This document shows positions 7,102 to 16,053 of a stretch of DNA of 24,000 nucleotides, piece after piece. The position numbers and the translations under genes were made by a program. This DNA comes from Winkia neuii subsp. neuii DSM 8576 (lineage in GTDB: Bacteria; Actinomycetota; Actinomycetes; Actinomycetales; Actinomycetaceae). The first letter of the stretch is position 1. Each line of letters begins with the position of its first letter. Under the pieces are notes generated by a model. The model worked only from the letters and a program-made list of their open reading frames with translations. It was not told where the DNA came from and searched no databases. The stretch spans positions 5,072 through 29,071 of the forward strand of contig NZ_ATUW01000001.1 of NCBI RefSeq assembly GCF_000420405.1, in the 5' to 3' direction.

Positions 7102-8703
7102 ATGGACCTAATCATTACCGCCCGCAACATTCACACCCTTACCCCCGCCCCGGCAGGAACGAACGCGATATCCGCCCTTGGCATAACCGGGGGCAGGATC
7201 GAAAGGGTAGGCACCCGCGCCCAAGCTGAATTGTGGCAGGCCGCAAGCCGTGCGGACTACCTGGACGCCACTATAACCCCGGGGCTAGTTGATGCCCACG
7301 TCCATCCTATCTGGGGCCAGCAGATTGCCCGCGGCACCTACCTTGGTAAAGTAACCGGCAGCAAGCACGCAGCCGAATTCTTGTCACAGCAGGTAGGTGA
7401 GGTGGCTCCTGGGGAGTGGATTTTTGCGTGGGGTTTGGAACAATCCGCTTTTGGGGCAGACACCCCTTCGGGGGCCGATTTCACTGAGACTTTCCCACAC
7501 AATCCTGTCTTTGTGATGCTTTTCGACGGCCATGCGGCCCTGGCCAACGCTAAGGCTTTAGAGCAGGCCCACATCGAGGGTGCCGAACCTCTTGCCGGGG
7601 CCGGCCAAATAATCGTAGACGAGGCGGGAAAGCCCACCGGTTTTTTGCGTGAGGCGAGCGCTATAAACAGGTTGAAGGAGGCCGCTCCGCCGCTAACTTT
7701 TGAGCAAAAAGTAAAAAATACGCTTGCTACTTTGCGGGCGATGGCAAAAAATGGGCTCACGGGTGGCGAGATGTTAGATTTTGACGACCCGCAGTCTTTG
7801 CAAGTGCTTGCCCAGATCGAGGCCGAGGGCGAGCTGCCGCTGCGACTACGAGTAGCCCCTTGGGTACTTTCCGGGCATCCTAAAGGCCGGGTTCAACAGA
7901 TCATCGACATGCAGGGTATAGGCGGGCGGAGGTATTGCGTGCGCGGGGCAAAAATGATGATCGACGGGACTATTGACAACGGCAGTGGTTGGCTTGCCGA
8001 ACCGGATGCTATGGGCGAGGGAACCCATTCGGCCTACGCAAACACGGATGAGTACTTAGAGTGTTTGCGCGCTTTTGACGCTGCGGGAGTACCAACTTCT
8101 ACCCACGCAATTGGCGATCGCGGGATTGAGTTTGTGATCGAGGCGATTGCCTCGCTCGGGCACACTTCGGTCTACCATCGCATAGAGCACATAGAAGAGA
8201 TCACGGATCGGGCAGTTGACGCGCTGGCCAGCACTAGGGTGTCGGCCTCTATGCAGCCCACCCACTGCACCCACTTTTTGGATCCGGATGGGGCCGACGC
8301 CTGGTCTAGGCGTCTTGGCCGGGAACGGGCTAAGCGAGCCTTTCGCCTGCGCGACGTGTTCGAGGCTGCCCAGCATTTGGCGCTGGGATCGGACTGGCCG
8401 ATCGCGAATTTTGATCCGCGCGAGATCATGGCCGACGCCATCAGCCGCAGGCACACGAAGGATCCCGCTTCCCGCCCAATAACCCCTGAACAGGCCCTCA
8501 CAAATAGGCAAGCCCTGCAGTGTTACACGCGCGGGGTGGCGGGCTCCAATGGCAGCACAGGTGGCCGGATCGCTGTGGGAGAGCTTGCGGATCTGACCAT
8601 TTTTGCTGCTGACCCGCTGCAGCTAAGCCCCGAGGAGTTGGCCGACGTAGAAATCGTAGCCACCTACGTCGGCGGGCAACGGATTGCTGGAGCGACCGTT
8701 TAA
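7102..8703 (+). CDS. Metal-dependent amidohydrolase (Amidohydro_3 / YtcJ-like family)
   Basis: N-terminus MDLIITARNIHTL...ITPGLVDAHVHPIWG carries the HxH metal motif, followed by ...KMMIDGTIDNGSGWL..., ...THAIGDRGIEFVI... and ...GSDWPIANFDP.... ATG 7102 follows GGAG (7093-7096) by 5 nt. ATG 7084 from the track lacks an SD. Confidence 0.85.
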   Translation: MDLIITARNIHTLTPAPAGTNAISALGITGGRIERVGTRAQAELWQAASRADYLDATITPGLVDAHVHPIWGQQIARGTYLGKVTGSKHAAEFLSQQVGEVAPGEWIFAWGLEQSAFGADTPSGADFTETFPHNPVFVMLFDGHAALANAKALEQAHIEGAEPLAGAGQIIVDEAGKPTGFLREASAINRLKEAAPPLTFEQKVKNTLATLRAMAKNGLTGGEMLDFDDPQSLQVLAQIEAEGELPLRLRVAPWVLSGHPKGRVQQIIDMQGIGGRRYCVRGAKMMIDGTIDNGSGWLAEPDAMGEGTHSAYANTDEYLECLRAFDAAGVPTSTHAIGDRGIEFVIEAIASLGHTSVYHRIEHIEEITDRAVDALASTRVSASMQPTHCTHFLDPDGADAWSRRLGRERAKRAFRLRDVFEAAQHLALGSDWPIANFDPREIMADAISRRHTKDPASRPITPEQALTNRQALQCYTRGVAGSNGSTGGRIAVGELADLTIFAADPLQLSPEELADVEIVATYVGGQRIAGATV

Positions 8704-8810
8704 ATGGCGCCGCAGAGCCACATTAGACCCTTTTAATAGTTGCAAATACAAATAATACACACGTAAATTAGACCTGTATTCTACTCGTATTCCGCAGAAG
8801 AGAGAGACTG

Positions 8811-10034
8811 ATGTCGAGCCCATTCACGCCGGATTCGGATCCGAACAGGAACCGCAAAGACGGCAGTACCGAAGAACAGAATGCTTCCCAGAGCCACGCT
8901 GACAGCCACACTGGCAGCCACGTTGGCGGCCACCCGAACGCCACCGAGGGCGAGGGCGCGGCCCCCTTCCAAAGCCCTAGTTCGCGCGCCAACACCGAAC
9001 GCCCCGCAACCGGTTCCACCCCGGCCTCGCCTGCGGGTGCGGGCAACCACGCGGGCAACCAGCAGCCCCCAACGCAGCCGGGCCAGGATTTTAGGCAACC
9101 TGGCAACCAGAACTTTACCCAGCCGAACCCCCAGGGCTCCCCGTGGCAAAATCGCGGCCAGCAGTCGGCGCCGGCCAACCAGGCTTGGTCGCCCACGACC
9201 GGGGCAAATCACGCCTACCCCGGCGCGCCCGCTCAAAACCGGCAGGCGCCTACAAGCGAGGGAAACTCGTTGAACATAGTGGGCCTAGTGGGCGTTGGGG
9301 TAGCCGTATTGGGGCTAGTCTTAGGGTTTTTCAAATCCACCTTTATCTTCGGTTGGATATTGTTCTTTGCCGCGGTCATTTTGACCGTTGTTTCGTTCTT
9401 TATGCGCGGAAAGGAAAAGAAGAGCTCTGGGGTGGCAACCATCCTCTCGATCCTGCTTGTTATCTTGCTTTCCATAACTAGCGTCCGAGTGTTGGCAACT
9501 GCCCTGGGTGGCATGGACAAGCACTCCAGTGATTATGACTCTGATTATTCCTCCTCTGATTCGTACGATTTTGACGAGGACGAGTCTGCTTCGCCCAGCG
9601 AAGAACCGGACCCGAACAGGAAAGGTTCACGCAACAACCCTTACGATTTTGGCACCGAGATCAAGAACAAAGAGTGGACCGTAAAGGTCAATTCCTTCGA
9701 GCCTAACGCCAACGAAAAGGTGAGGGATAGGGTTCACTACTACAAGGAGCCGATGCGGGGTCAAAACTATGGTCTGGTGAATGCGACTCTCACGTACAAC
9801 GGCGAGGACGTGGGGCGCCCTAGTTCCATTAAATTTGCCTTTGTAAACACGAAGGGCAACACCTTCAGCTTCACTCCATATGTTGATAAGGACCCCCTCC
9901 TGGACGAGGAGATGTACAAGGGGGCAAGTGTTACCGGTGATATGTACATGTCAGTTCCCACAGAGGCTAAAGGCCTGATCCGTATTCAGGCCGGCTTCAC
10001 TGACGAGCCAGTATTCATGAAGATACCTGAATAA
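8811..10034 (+). CDS. Membrane protein with disordered Pro/Gln/Asn-rich N-terminus, 3 TM helices, acidic Ser/Asp linker and DUF4352-like C-terminal beta-domain
   Basis: ATG 8811 is preceded by agagagag. TM segments run from IVGLVGVGVAVLGLVLGFF through to ILSILLVILLSITSV. The C-terminal ...NPYDFGTEIKNKEWTVKVNSFEPNANE...YGLVNATLTYNGED...GDMYMSVPTEAKGLIRI... fits the DUF4352 pattern (family call from memory). Confidence 0.75.
   Translation: MSSPFTPDSDPNRNRKDGSTEEQNASQSHADSHTGSHVGGHPNATEGEGAAPFQSPSSRANTERPATGSTPASPAGAGNHAGNQQPPTQPGQDFRQPGNQNFTQPNPQGSPWQNRGQQSAPANQAWSPTTGANHAYPGAPAQNRQAPTSEGNSLNIVGLVGVGVAVLGLVLGFFKSTFIFGWILFFAAVILTVVSFFMRGKEKKSSGVATILSILLVILLSITSVRVLATALGGMDKHSSDYDSDYSSSDSYDFDEDESASPSEEPDPNRKGSRNNPYDFGTEIKNKEWTVKVNSFEPNANEKVRDRVHYYKEPMRGQNYGLVNATLTYNGEDVGRPSSIKFAFVNTKGNTFSFTPYVDKDPLLDEEMYKGASVTGDMYMSVPTEAKGLIRIQAGFTDEPVFMKIPE
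8892..8939 (+). repeat. Four imperfect 12-bp in-frame tandem units (agccacgctgac agccacactggc agccacgttggc ggccacccgaac)
   Basis: Read directly from the sequence. The units encode SHAD-SHTG-SHVG-GHPN, a His-containing tetrapeptide repeat in the N-terminal disordered region. Confidence 0.6.
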
Positions 10035-10048
10035 ATAGCTTCTATTTT

Positions 10049-10088
10049 CCGGCCGGGAATTTCGCAACGCGAGCCCGGCCGGTTTTTC
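10049..10088 (+). terminator. Rho-independent terminator downstream of the 8811-10034 gene
   Basis: A perfect 9-bp GC stem, ccggccggg (10049-10057) pairing with cccggccgg (10074-10082). The inner tcgc/gcga pairing extends the stem. It is followed directly by TTTTT (10083-10087) and lies 15 nt after the stop codon. Confidence 0.7.
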
Positions 10089-10175
10089 TGCCAAATTGCA
10101 GGTCTAAAACTGCGCTTGGCAGCCGGATGCGCGCGTAGGATAGAGGCACTGATCCCGTTTCTGCATGGAGGCAAC

Positions 10176-10796
10176 ATGGATCCCCGCGAACGCGAAGTGC
10201 GCCGGCGCATGCGTGAAAATGAACTCTATCTTGATTTTGGCCCCGGCCTGGAAGCACTCGAAGAGGCGCGTATTCGCGGTAAGGAATTGGCCGACAAGTA
10301 CAACCGCACTTCGGCCCGCGACGGTGCTGGGCGCACCCGCCTGCTACAGCGGATTTTTGCCAGGGTTGGCCAAGAGCCGTGGGTGGAGCCTCCCCTGCAC
10401 GTAGCCTACGGTTGCCACACTTTTTTTGGCGATCACGTGTACGCCAATTTTGGTCTTACGCTCATTGACGATTCTGAAATCCAGATCGGCAACCATGTTT
10501 TGCTTGGCCCACATTGCACGCTGGCTACCGCGGGGCATCCGCTAGATCCCGAGCTGAGGGCCACTTACGCGCAGTTTTCTTCAAAGATCACGTTGAAGGA
10601 CAAAGTGTGGTTGGGCGCTAACGTAACGGTTTTGCCGGGGGTAACAATTGGCGAGGGCGCAGTGGTTGCCGCAGGTGCGGTGGTTAGTGCGAACGTGCCC
10701 CCGCGCGTTGTAGTGGGCGGCGTTCCCGCACGCATATTGCGGCCGCTCACCGAAGCTGACAAGACTTTCACCTATCAGCCCCCAAAGGATTTGTAG
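10176..10796 (+). CDS. Sugar O-acetyltransferase, Maa/LacA family (left-handed beta-helix hexapeptide repeats)
   Basis: MDPREREVRRRMRENELYLDF... matches the Maa N-terminal domain. The core ...GDHVYANFGLTLIDDSEIQIGNHVLLGPHCTLATAGHPLDPELR...VWLGANVTVLPGVTIGEGAVVAAGAVVSANVPPRVVVGGVPARILRPL parallels E. coli Maa. ATG 10176 is preceded by GGAGG (10167-10171). Confidence 0.85.
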   Translation: MDPREREVRRRMRENELYLDFGPGLEALEEARIRGKELADKYNRTSARDGAGRTRLLQRIFARVGQEPWVEPPLHVAYGCHTFFGDHVYANFGLTLIDDSEIQIGNHVLLGPHCTLATAGHPLDPELRATYAQFSSKITLKDKVWLGANVTVLPGVTIGEGAVVAAGAVVSANVPPRVVVGGVPARILRPLTEADKTFTYQPPKDL

Positions 10797-10803
10797 CCCA
10801 CCT

Positions 10804-11937
10804 TCACTGTGCTAGTCTGTCCGCTATCCAGGAGCGGTAGGCTGCGGCCGCGGCCCCGCGTGCCCAGTCGGTGAAGGCTCCGTCGCGCACGTGCAAAGTG
10901 AGTCCGGGTTCGTCCGGGTCATGCATTTTGGCCAGCCCTTCACCTACGTGCAGCTGTTCGCAAGCCGCCAGCGGGGCAAGTTCACCGCCCACTACCACGT
11001 GCGAAACTAGCGAGACGTTACCAACTATGCTCAGCGCCCGCCGCAGGGCGCGCGCATAGTTTTCCGTCACTGCCAACCCTGCGCCCTCGCCCTGGCGAAG
11101 AATTTGCTGCAGCGAGCGCACAAAGGCGTCCGCATCGTCGATTGGGGCCACCTGCACCCCGGCCGCGCGCAGGTTGTTGTAGAGGGCGGGCATTGCCAGC
11201 ACCGCGCAGGCGCAACCGTGGTGGCCCAACTCGCACACTACTTCTTCGCCGGCGATGGGCACGTGCCCAATCAGGCCTATGCCAGAATAGGGGCTTTCCA
11301 GTAGTTTGCCGCCGCGCACTACGGCGTGACCGACCCCCATGCCTATGGTCAAGATGGCAAAATCAGCGCATTTTCTGCCCACCCCAAACCACAGTTCTGC
11401 CAGCGCAAACGCGTCCGCGTCGTTCACAAATACGGTGGGTTTTTTGCTGCCCCAGGCAGCCCCCAGATCGCTGTCGCGCCAACCGTAAAACGGTGCGCGG
11501 CTAACCCAACCTTTTTCGGTTACGGCCCCACCCAGGGAAATCCCGGAAGCGGTGATGCGCCGGGGGGCAATCTTGGCTAATTCGCCAAGCAGTTCGTTGC
11601 CGAGGGCGGCAACCGCTTGAGTGGAGTGGTCGGATAGTTCAGCTTCTAAAGACTCCAGTACGGTGCCGCTTCCATCCATGAGCACTGCGGTGGCCCCGCG
11701 GGTGTGAAAGGTAATTCCAGAAAACAACAGTTTTGAGGACGGTTGGACAGCAATTGCCGGGCGCCCCACCGTGGGTTCGGCGCCCTCGCCCTCTTCGACG
11801 ATGCCGGCTTGAATTAGCTGTTTCACCAACCTGGTGGCCGAGGCTGGGGACAGGTCGAGGGCGGAGGCCAGCACGCGCCGTCCCACCGGCGCGGTGCGGA
11901 CAATCTGGTGTGCCAGTTGCACGGCTGAAGACCCCAT
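10804..11937 (-). CDS. ROK-family transcriptional regulator (NagC/Mlc/XylR-like)
   Basis: N-terminal wHTH ...RRVLASALDLSPASATRLVKQLIQAGIVEE...GRPA..., then a ROK sugar-kinase-like fold with the Cys/His cluster ...GHVPIAGEEVVCELGHHGCACAV.... ATG 11937 is preferred because of gAAGGtgaca upstream. TTG 11952 and GTG 11943 are alternative starts. Confidence 0.85.
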   Translation of the reverse strand: MGSSAVQLAHQIVRTAPVGRRVLASALDLSPASATRLVKQLIQAGIVEEGEGAEPTVGRPAIAVQPSSKLLFSGITFHTRGATAVLMDGSGTVLESLEAELSDHSTQAVAALGNELLGELAKIAPRRITASGISLGGAVTEKGWVSRAPFYGWRDSDLGAAWGSKKPTVFVNDADAFALAELWFGVGRKCADFAILTIGMGVGHAVVRGGKLLESPYSGIGLIGHVPIAGEEVVCELGHHGCACAVLAMPALYNNLRAAGVQVAPIDDADAFVRSLQQILRQGEGAGLAVTENYARALRRALSIVGNVSLVSHVVVGGELAPLAACEQLHVGEGLAKMHDPDEPGLTLHVRDGAFTDWARGAAAAAYRSWIADRLAQ

Positions 11938-11975
11938 TGTCACCTTCTTCAAGATGGTCGCGGCTAAAATACGGC

Positions 11976-11998
11976 TTTTATTTTACCGTAAAACAAAG
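11976..11998. promoter_or_regulatory. Candidate operator: AT-rich 23-bp imperfect palindrome in the ROK / alpha-galactosidase divergent region
   Basis: ttttattttac-c-gtaaaacaaag, with 9 of 11 arm positions complementary. The perfect core is ttttac-c-gtaaaa at 11981-11993. It is centred in the 101-bp divergent gap. The length and AT-rich arm style resemble Mlc/NagC-type ROK operators (general knowledge, not a matrix score). Confidence 0.3.
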
Positions 11999-12038
11999 TA
12001 CAGTGGTTGCATCGCTTTTCACCGTCGAAAGGTTCCCC

Positions 12039-14168
12039 ATGGCAAAGACGCAGATACTTCCCCTATCCAATGGCGGCACCTGCCTAATTCTAGACATAAA
12101 ATCTACCGAAACCGCAGGTCCAATTTATTGGGGTAAGGAAATTTCACTACCCGAAGGCGACGCTGCGCCCTTGGATAGGAAATTCTTTACGCCGGGATTA
12201 GCCCCCAGTGCAACGGACACCCCCGCAACACTTAGTTTGATTCCGCAACAATCAAATGGCTGGTTAGGCACCATTGGGCTACAAGGTTCGCGCCACGGCA
12301 AAGACTTCGCCCCCAAATTCGCCCTCACAGACGTCGCCGCCACCAAAACCACAGCCGAACTCTGCTACGAAGCACGCGAGGCCGCCCTCGAGCTAAAAAT
12401 AAACGTAAAAATTACAGATTCTGGCCTGCTGGCGCTTTCTGCCCAACTCACAAATACCGGGCGGGACAACTACGAGCTTTCCCGCCTCGCCCTCGCCCTG
12501 CCCACCCCGGCCAAAGAAAACCAAATACTCGACCTCGCCTCGCGCCACCTGCGCGAGCGCCACTTGCAAACCCACGCCTTCACAGTGGGCACCCACCTGC
12601 GCCAAAACCTGGTGAGCCGCGACTTTGCAGGCTCCACCTTGCACGGCACGTGCACACCGGGGGCAGCATTCGAGACGGGCAGTGCCCACCTCATTCACGT
12701 GGGCTATTCCGGTTCTGTGCAAACGTGGGCCGAGAAGACCAGCTCGGGCATAACCTACCTTGCCGGCGGCGAATACCTGTACCCCGGGGAAGTGATTTTA
12801 CCTCCCGGCCGCTCTTACACTTCCCCCACCCTGTTCGGCTCGTGGGGGGAAGGATTAAACCAGGTGGCAGCGCGTTTCCACGGTTACGTACGCGGCCTCG
12901 ATTCGCACCCGAGCTCACCCCGGCCTGTCACTCTGAACGCCTGGGAGGCGGTCTACTTCGACCACTCCTTACAACCCCTTCTTGACCTGGTCGACAAGGC
13001 AGCCGAAATCGGGGTAGAACGCTTCGTGCTAGACGACGGTTGGTTCGGCGCCCGCCGCGACGACACCAAAGGCCTGGGAGATTGGCAGGTTTCCCAAGAA
13101 GCCTGGCCGAACGGCCTCGGCCCGCTCGTGGACGCGGTCACCGGTAAGGGCATGCAATTTGGGCTGTGGTTTGAACCAGAAATGGTGAACCTGGATTCGG
13201 ATTTGGCCCGCGCTCACCCCGAGTGGATCCTAGCTCCCTCCCGCGAGCGCTACCCCGTTGAGGCGCGCCACCAGCAGGTGTTGAACCTGGCTGACGAAGG
13301 GTGTTTTGACTACGTGTTCACGGCTGTGAGCAAGGTGCTGTCGCAATACCAGATTTCGTATGTGAAGTGGGATTACAACCGCGACATTTTAGAGGGCGGA
13401 GCGCGTGGGGAGGGTAGGGCGGCCTACCGCTCGCACGTGCAGGCACTGTACCGGCTAATAGACAAGTTGCGGGCGACTTTCCCCTATCTGGAGATCGAGT
13501 CGTGTTCTTCTGGCGGGGGCCGCATCGACTTGGGGATCATGTCGCGTTGCCAGCGCGTTTGGGGGTCAGACTGTATTGATCCGCTAGAGCGGCAGGCCAT
13601 TCACAAGGGCGAACTATTACTGCTACCTCCGGAGCTCATTGGTTCCCATGTGGCCTCTACGGTTTCGCACACTACGGGGCGCTCACATTCGATTGACTAC
13701 CGTGCAATCACCGCGCTATTCCAGCATTTTGGCATCGAATGGGATTTGCGGGCGGCCACACCCACCGAACTCGAGCGGCTGTCCGCCTGGATAAAGGTTT
13801 ACAAAAAGCTGCGCCCTCTGTTGCATTCTGGCACTACCGTGCGCCTAGACAGCCCTGATTCGGCTCTTTCCTGCCGTGGGGTGGTAAAAGGTGGCGAGGG
13901 CGTTTTCGAACTCACCTGCCTTTCGACCTCGCAAAACGCCCCCTTTGCGCCGATTCGTCTGCCCGGTTTAGATGCCGAGGGCGAATACGAAGTTTCGCTG
14001 GAAGGGCCGGCCCAACAAATATTCGATCCGCGCAGCGCCCCGGCCTGGTGGCCCCAGTGGGGGCAAACTGTGTCCGTGCCCGCGGCCGTACTTAGCGAAG
14101 TGGGAGTGCCGATCCCCACCCTGCTGCCCGAATCGGCACTACTGCTGAAAGTTTCAAAGAAGAAATAG
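12039..14168 (+). CDS. Alpha-galactosidase, glycoside hydrolase family 36
   Basis: ...FVLDDGWFGARRDDTKGLGDWQVSQEAWPNGLGPLVDAVTGKGMQFGLWFEPEMVN..., KWDYNRD (nucleophile motif), CSSGGGRIDLG and WGSDCIDPLER. ATG 12039 (MAKTQILPL...) gives about 709 aa, typical for GH36. The track start at 11733 would overlap the ROK gene and encodes Arg/Pro-rich junk. Confidence 0.93.
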   Translation: MAKTQILPLSNGGTCLILDIKSTETAGPIYWGKEISLPEGDAAPLDRKFFTPGLAPSATDTPATLSLIPQQSNGWLGTIGLQGSRHGKDFAPKFALTDVAATKTTAELCYEAREAALELKINVKITDSGLLALSAQLTNTGRDNYELSRLALALPTPAKENQILDLASRHLRERHLQTHAFTVGTHLRQNLVSRDFAGSTLHGTCTPGAAFETGSAHLIHVGYSGSVQTWAEKTSSGITYLAGGEYLYPGEVILPPGRSYTSPTLFGSWGEGLNQVAARFHGYVRGLDSHPSSPRPVTLNAWEAVYFDHSLQPLLDLVDKAAEIGVERFVLDDGWFGARRDDTKGLGDWQVSQEAWPNGLGPLVDAVTGKGMQFGLWFEPEMVNLDSDLARAHPEWILAPSRERYPVEARHQQVLNLADEGCFDYVFTAVSKVLSQYQISYVKWDYNRDILEGGARGEGRAAYRSHVQALYRLIDKLRATFPYLEIESCSSGGGRIDLGIMSRCQRVWGSDCIDPLERQAIHKGELLLLPPELIGSHVASTVSHTTGRSHSIDYRAITALFQHFGIEWDLRAATPTELERLSAWIKVYKKLRPLLHSGTTVRLDSPDSALSCRGVVKGGEGVFELTCLSTSQNAPFAPIRLPGLDAEGEYEVSLEGPAQQIFDPRSAPAWWPQWGQTVSVPAAVLSEVGVPIPTLLPESALLLKVSKKK

Positions 14169-14175
14169 GAACGCC

Positions 14176-15078
14176 ATGTCCGCAACCAAAGCGCCCGCCC
14201 GGCGCAAATCAAAATTGGGCCTGTGGGGCACCGTCGCCCTCTTTTTGGGGCCCGCCTCGATAGGGCTAATCGTCTTCTACCTGCTCCCCGCAATTAGGGG
14301 CCTGTACTGGTCGTTTACGGAATACCACGTGCTCACCCCACCCAAGTTTGTGGGAGGGGCCAACTACGCCCGCATGTTCAGCGACCCCCTGTTCTGGAAC
14401 GCCCTGTGGGTGACCTTCTACTACGTGGTGTTGAACATTGGTTTTCAAACCATCATCGCGGTGGTGCTAGCCGTTTTGTTGCACAAACTAACCAAATCTA
14501 CGTTCATCCGCGGCACCGCGCTGCTGCCCTACTTCGTCGCAAACGTAATTGTGGCCCTGCTGTGGTATTTCATGATGGATTACAACATCGGCATCGTGAA
14601 CTCGCTGCTGCAGTGGGTGGGGATCGACCCGGTGGCCTTCTTCGGGGACGAAAAATGGGCCATCCCAACCGTGGCCGCTATCAACGTGTGGCGGCACATG
14701 GGCTACACCGCCCTCCTCGTGTTTGCGGGCCTGCAAACCATAAACCCGCAAGTTTACGAAGCCGCCTCCATTGACGGGGCAAGCGAGGTACGCAAGTTCT
14801 TCTCGATCACCCTGCCGCTGCTGCGCCCCGTAATGGCCATGGTGTTAGTGGTGACCATGATCGGCTCGTTCCAAATCTTCGACACCATCTCGGTCACCAC
14901 CAAGGGTGGGCCGGTAAACGCCACCCGAGTCCTCTACTTCTACATCTACGACCTAGCCTTCGGCCAGCTCGACTTCGGGTACGCCTCCGCCCTCGCCGTA
15001 GCACTATTCGTGCTGCTGCTAGCGGTAGCGCTGATCCAAATGAAGCTAATGCGAGCTAGCGAATCCGACGAATTGTGA
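14176..15078 (+). CDS. Carbohydrate ABC transporter permease (CUT1, MalF/MsmF-like)
   Basis: A 6-TM profile with the EAA loop ...YEAASIDGASEVRKFFSITLPLLRPV.... AGGAA lies 4 nt upstream of ATG 14176, and the start is 7 nt after the alpha-galactosidase stop. Confidence 0.9.
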   Translation: MSATKAPARRKSKLGLWGTVALFLGPASIGLIVFYLLPAIRGLYWSFTEYHVLTPPKFVGGANYARMFSDPLFWNALWVTFYYVVLNIGFQTIIAVVLAVLLHKLTKSTFIRGTALLPYFVANVIVALLWYFMMDYNIGIVNSLLQWVGIDPVAFFGDEKWAIPTVAAINVWRHMGYTALLVFAGLQTINPQVYEAASIDGASEVRKFFSITLPLLRPVMAMVLVVTMIGSFQIFDTISVTTKGGPVNATRVLYFYIYDLAFGQLDFGYASALAVALFVLLLAVALIQMKLMRASESDEL

Positions 15079-15086
15079 GGGCGAAA

Positions 15087-16040
15087 ATGACTACCGCAAC
15101 CGCTTTTGCAACAGCAGAACAAAAACAGAAAAACGCCAAACTAACTGGGCGCAAAGGTACCAAAGTAAGGCGCGGGCTCGGCCACTACCTAGCCTGGGCT
15201 AGCCTACTGGTAATCCTGGCAATCACCGTGGTGCCGTTCCTGTGGATGCTGCGCACCTCCCTAACCCCCAACTCCGAGATCACCGGTTCGCTATCCAACG
15301 TGATTCCCGCCCACCCCACCCTCGACGCATACAGGCGCGTGTTAGGCCTTACCAGCCTGGACGAAAACCTGGCCCAAGGCGGGGCGGGAGCCCAAATAAA
15401 CTTCTGGGTATACATGCGTAACTCGGCCATAGTATCGACCGTGGTGGCCGTAGGGCAGACCCTATTTTCCGCCATGGCAGCCTACGCCTTCTCGCGCCTA
15501 AAATGGCCCGGCCGCAACGTAGTATTCACGTTCTTCCTATCGGCACTAATGATCCCCTCAATATTTACGGCCATCCCCAACTTCGTACTCATAAAAGAAA
15601 TGGGGCTCCTAAACACCTACGCCGGAATCGTACTGCCCACCCTCTTGATGACCCCGTTCGCCATCTTCTTTTTGCGCCAATTCTTCCTTGGCATTCCACG
15701 CGAAATAGAAGAGGCCGCACTGTTAGACGGCGCCTCGCGCATAGGCACCTTCTTCCGCGTGATCATCCCCATGGCAAAGGCACCAATCACCACACTATTC
15801 GTGCTGACCTTCATCACCCAGTGGAACGACTACCTGTGGCCACTACTAGTGGGACAAAACGAAAAAGTGCGCGTACTGACCGTAGCCCTAGGCATCTTCC
15901 GCTCCCAAACCCCGCAAGGAGCCCCCGACTGGTCTGCCCTCATGGCAGCCACCCTACTCGCGGCGGTACCAATCATGATTCTCTTCGCCCTCCTAGGGAA
16001 ACGAATAGTCAATTCCATCGGATTTTCAGGCCTGAAGTAA
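15087..16040 (+). CDS. Carbohydrate ABC transporter permease (CUT1, MalG/MsmG-like)
   Basis: EAA loop ...EEAALLDGASRIGTFFRVIIPMAKAP... and the ...TQWNDYLWPLLV... motif. ATG 15087 follows GAGGG (15078-15082). GTG 15075, which overlaps the upstream stop, is an alternative start. Confidence 0.9.
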   Translation: MTTATAFATAEQKQKNAKLTGRKGTKVRRGLGHYLAWASLLVILAITVVPFLWMLRTSLTPNSEITGSLSNVIPAHPTLDAYRRVLGLTSLDENLAQGGAGAQINFWVYMRNSAIVSTVVAVGQTLFSAMAAYAFSRLKWPGRNVVFTFFLSALMIPSIFTAIPNFVLIKEMGLLNTYAGIVLPTLLMTPFAIFFLRQFFLGIPREIEEAALLDGASRIGTFFRVIIPMAKAPITTLFVLTFITQWNDYLWPLLVGQNEKVRVLTVALGIFRSQTPQGAPDWSALMAATLLAAVPIMILFALLGKRIVNSIGFSGLK

Positions 16041-16053
16041 CAAGGAACGCAAA

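Noticed and set aside
11733-12038. N-terminal 102-codon extension of the alpha-galactosidase ORF (track start 11733)
   Set aside because: It would overlap the ROK gene and the divergent promoter region, and it encodes Arg/Pro-rich junk. ATG 12039 gives a typical GH36 length.
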